Part shown: piece after piece, positions 63,595 through 64,000 of the stretch
Layout: each line of letters starts with the position of its first letter
How positions within the stretch are numbered: the first letter of the stretch is position 1
Origin: Octopus sinensis
Taxonomy: Eukaryota
DNA length: 64,000 nt
Direction of reading: 5' to 3'
Assembly (NCBI RefSeq): GCF_006345805.1
Contig: NC_043014.1
Coordinates: 26,350,001 to 26,414,000 of the forward strand
Translations under genes and position numbers: made by a program
The notes under the pieces: generated by a model
What the model saw: only the letters and a program-made list of their open reading frames with translations
What the model was told of the DNA's origin: nothing
Databases searched by the model: none

Positions 63595-64000
63595 AAAACT
63601 ACAAACTGGGACAAGAACGTAAAACATTTAGAAGACGATACAAAAAACACGGACGGGACATTCGAAGCCTTCGATCTTCAGTCAAGAACCGGATCATCCT
63701 CGCAATTTCGGCTGATTAATCTTGAGATCGCTCCGATCCGGCCAGCCCCAAGGAAAAACTAAGCTACGAGCATTAGATTTCTTGGAAAAAGGATCGAATG
63801 TATACGAAACAAGGACAGAAAAACGGACGATGCCATACGAATATAAATACAATAAAAACAATAATAGTAATAACAGGACAAAAACAGCGGGTGTCTTACG
63901 ACTAAAGACAGCACAACTTAGTTTAGCTGGCGTATTTGGAAAAAAATGCCTTTTTCGGCAGACGAAGACAACGATGTTCTCGTGGTGCTGGTTAGAAGCC
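63595..64000. mobile_element. Probable PLE-associated terminal repeat fragment next to (TA)n; runs off the window
   Basis: Begins directly after a (TA)n tract like the other PLE ends here; no ORF seen. Confidence 0.3.

Noticed and set aside
63655-63685. CUGAAGA-hairpin-GAAUGUC on the minus strand
   Set aside because: Lacks GAAA and a stem I partner.

Overview
AT-rich, microsatellite-dense animal genomic DNA. The tRNA-derived SINE families and repeat landscape resemble octopod cephalopods (Octopus-like; inference from recall, not database-checked). About 1.3% is host-coding. The host content is one minus-strand gene that the ORF track fragments: seven coding exons (42657 to 37050) splice with canonical GT-AG and matching phases into an 837-nt CDS. 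It encodes a 278-aa secreted, all-helical amphipathic protein with a signal peptide and a KR site ahead of a His-rich 108-aa C-terminal module. The rest is mobile DNA: several Penelope-like elements (PLEs) with GIY-YIG/RT remnants and inverted pseudo-LTRs; about ten hammerhead-ribozyme-like motifs, one with an intact core; three related ORF1-only (RRM-like + CCHC, no RT) retroposons, one full length with an 11-bp TSD and nested in another; a maT (DD37D) transposon; mariner remnants; CR1/Jockey-type LINE fragments; fold-back repeats; and a 2.3-kb duplication bracketed by ~0.6-kb inverted arms. Most ORF-track entries are microsatellite artefacts. Repeat boundaries are read by eye and approximate (about +/-20 nt). 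Exon, TIR, TSD and ribozyme coordinates were counted base by base.
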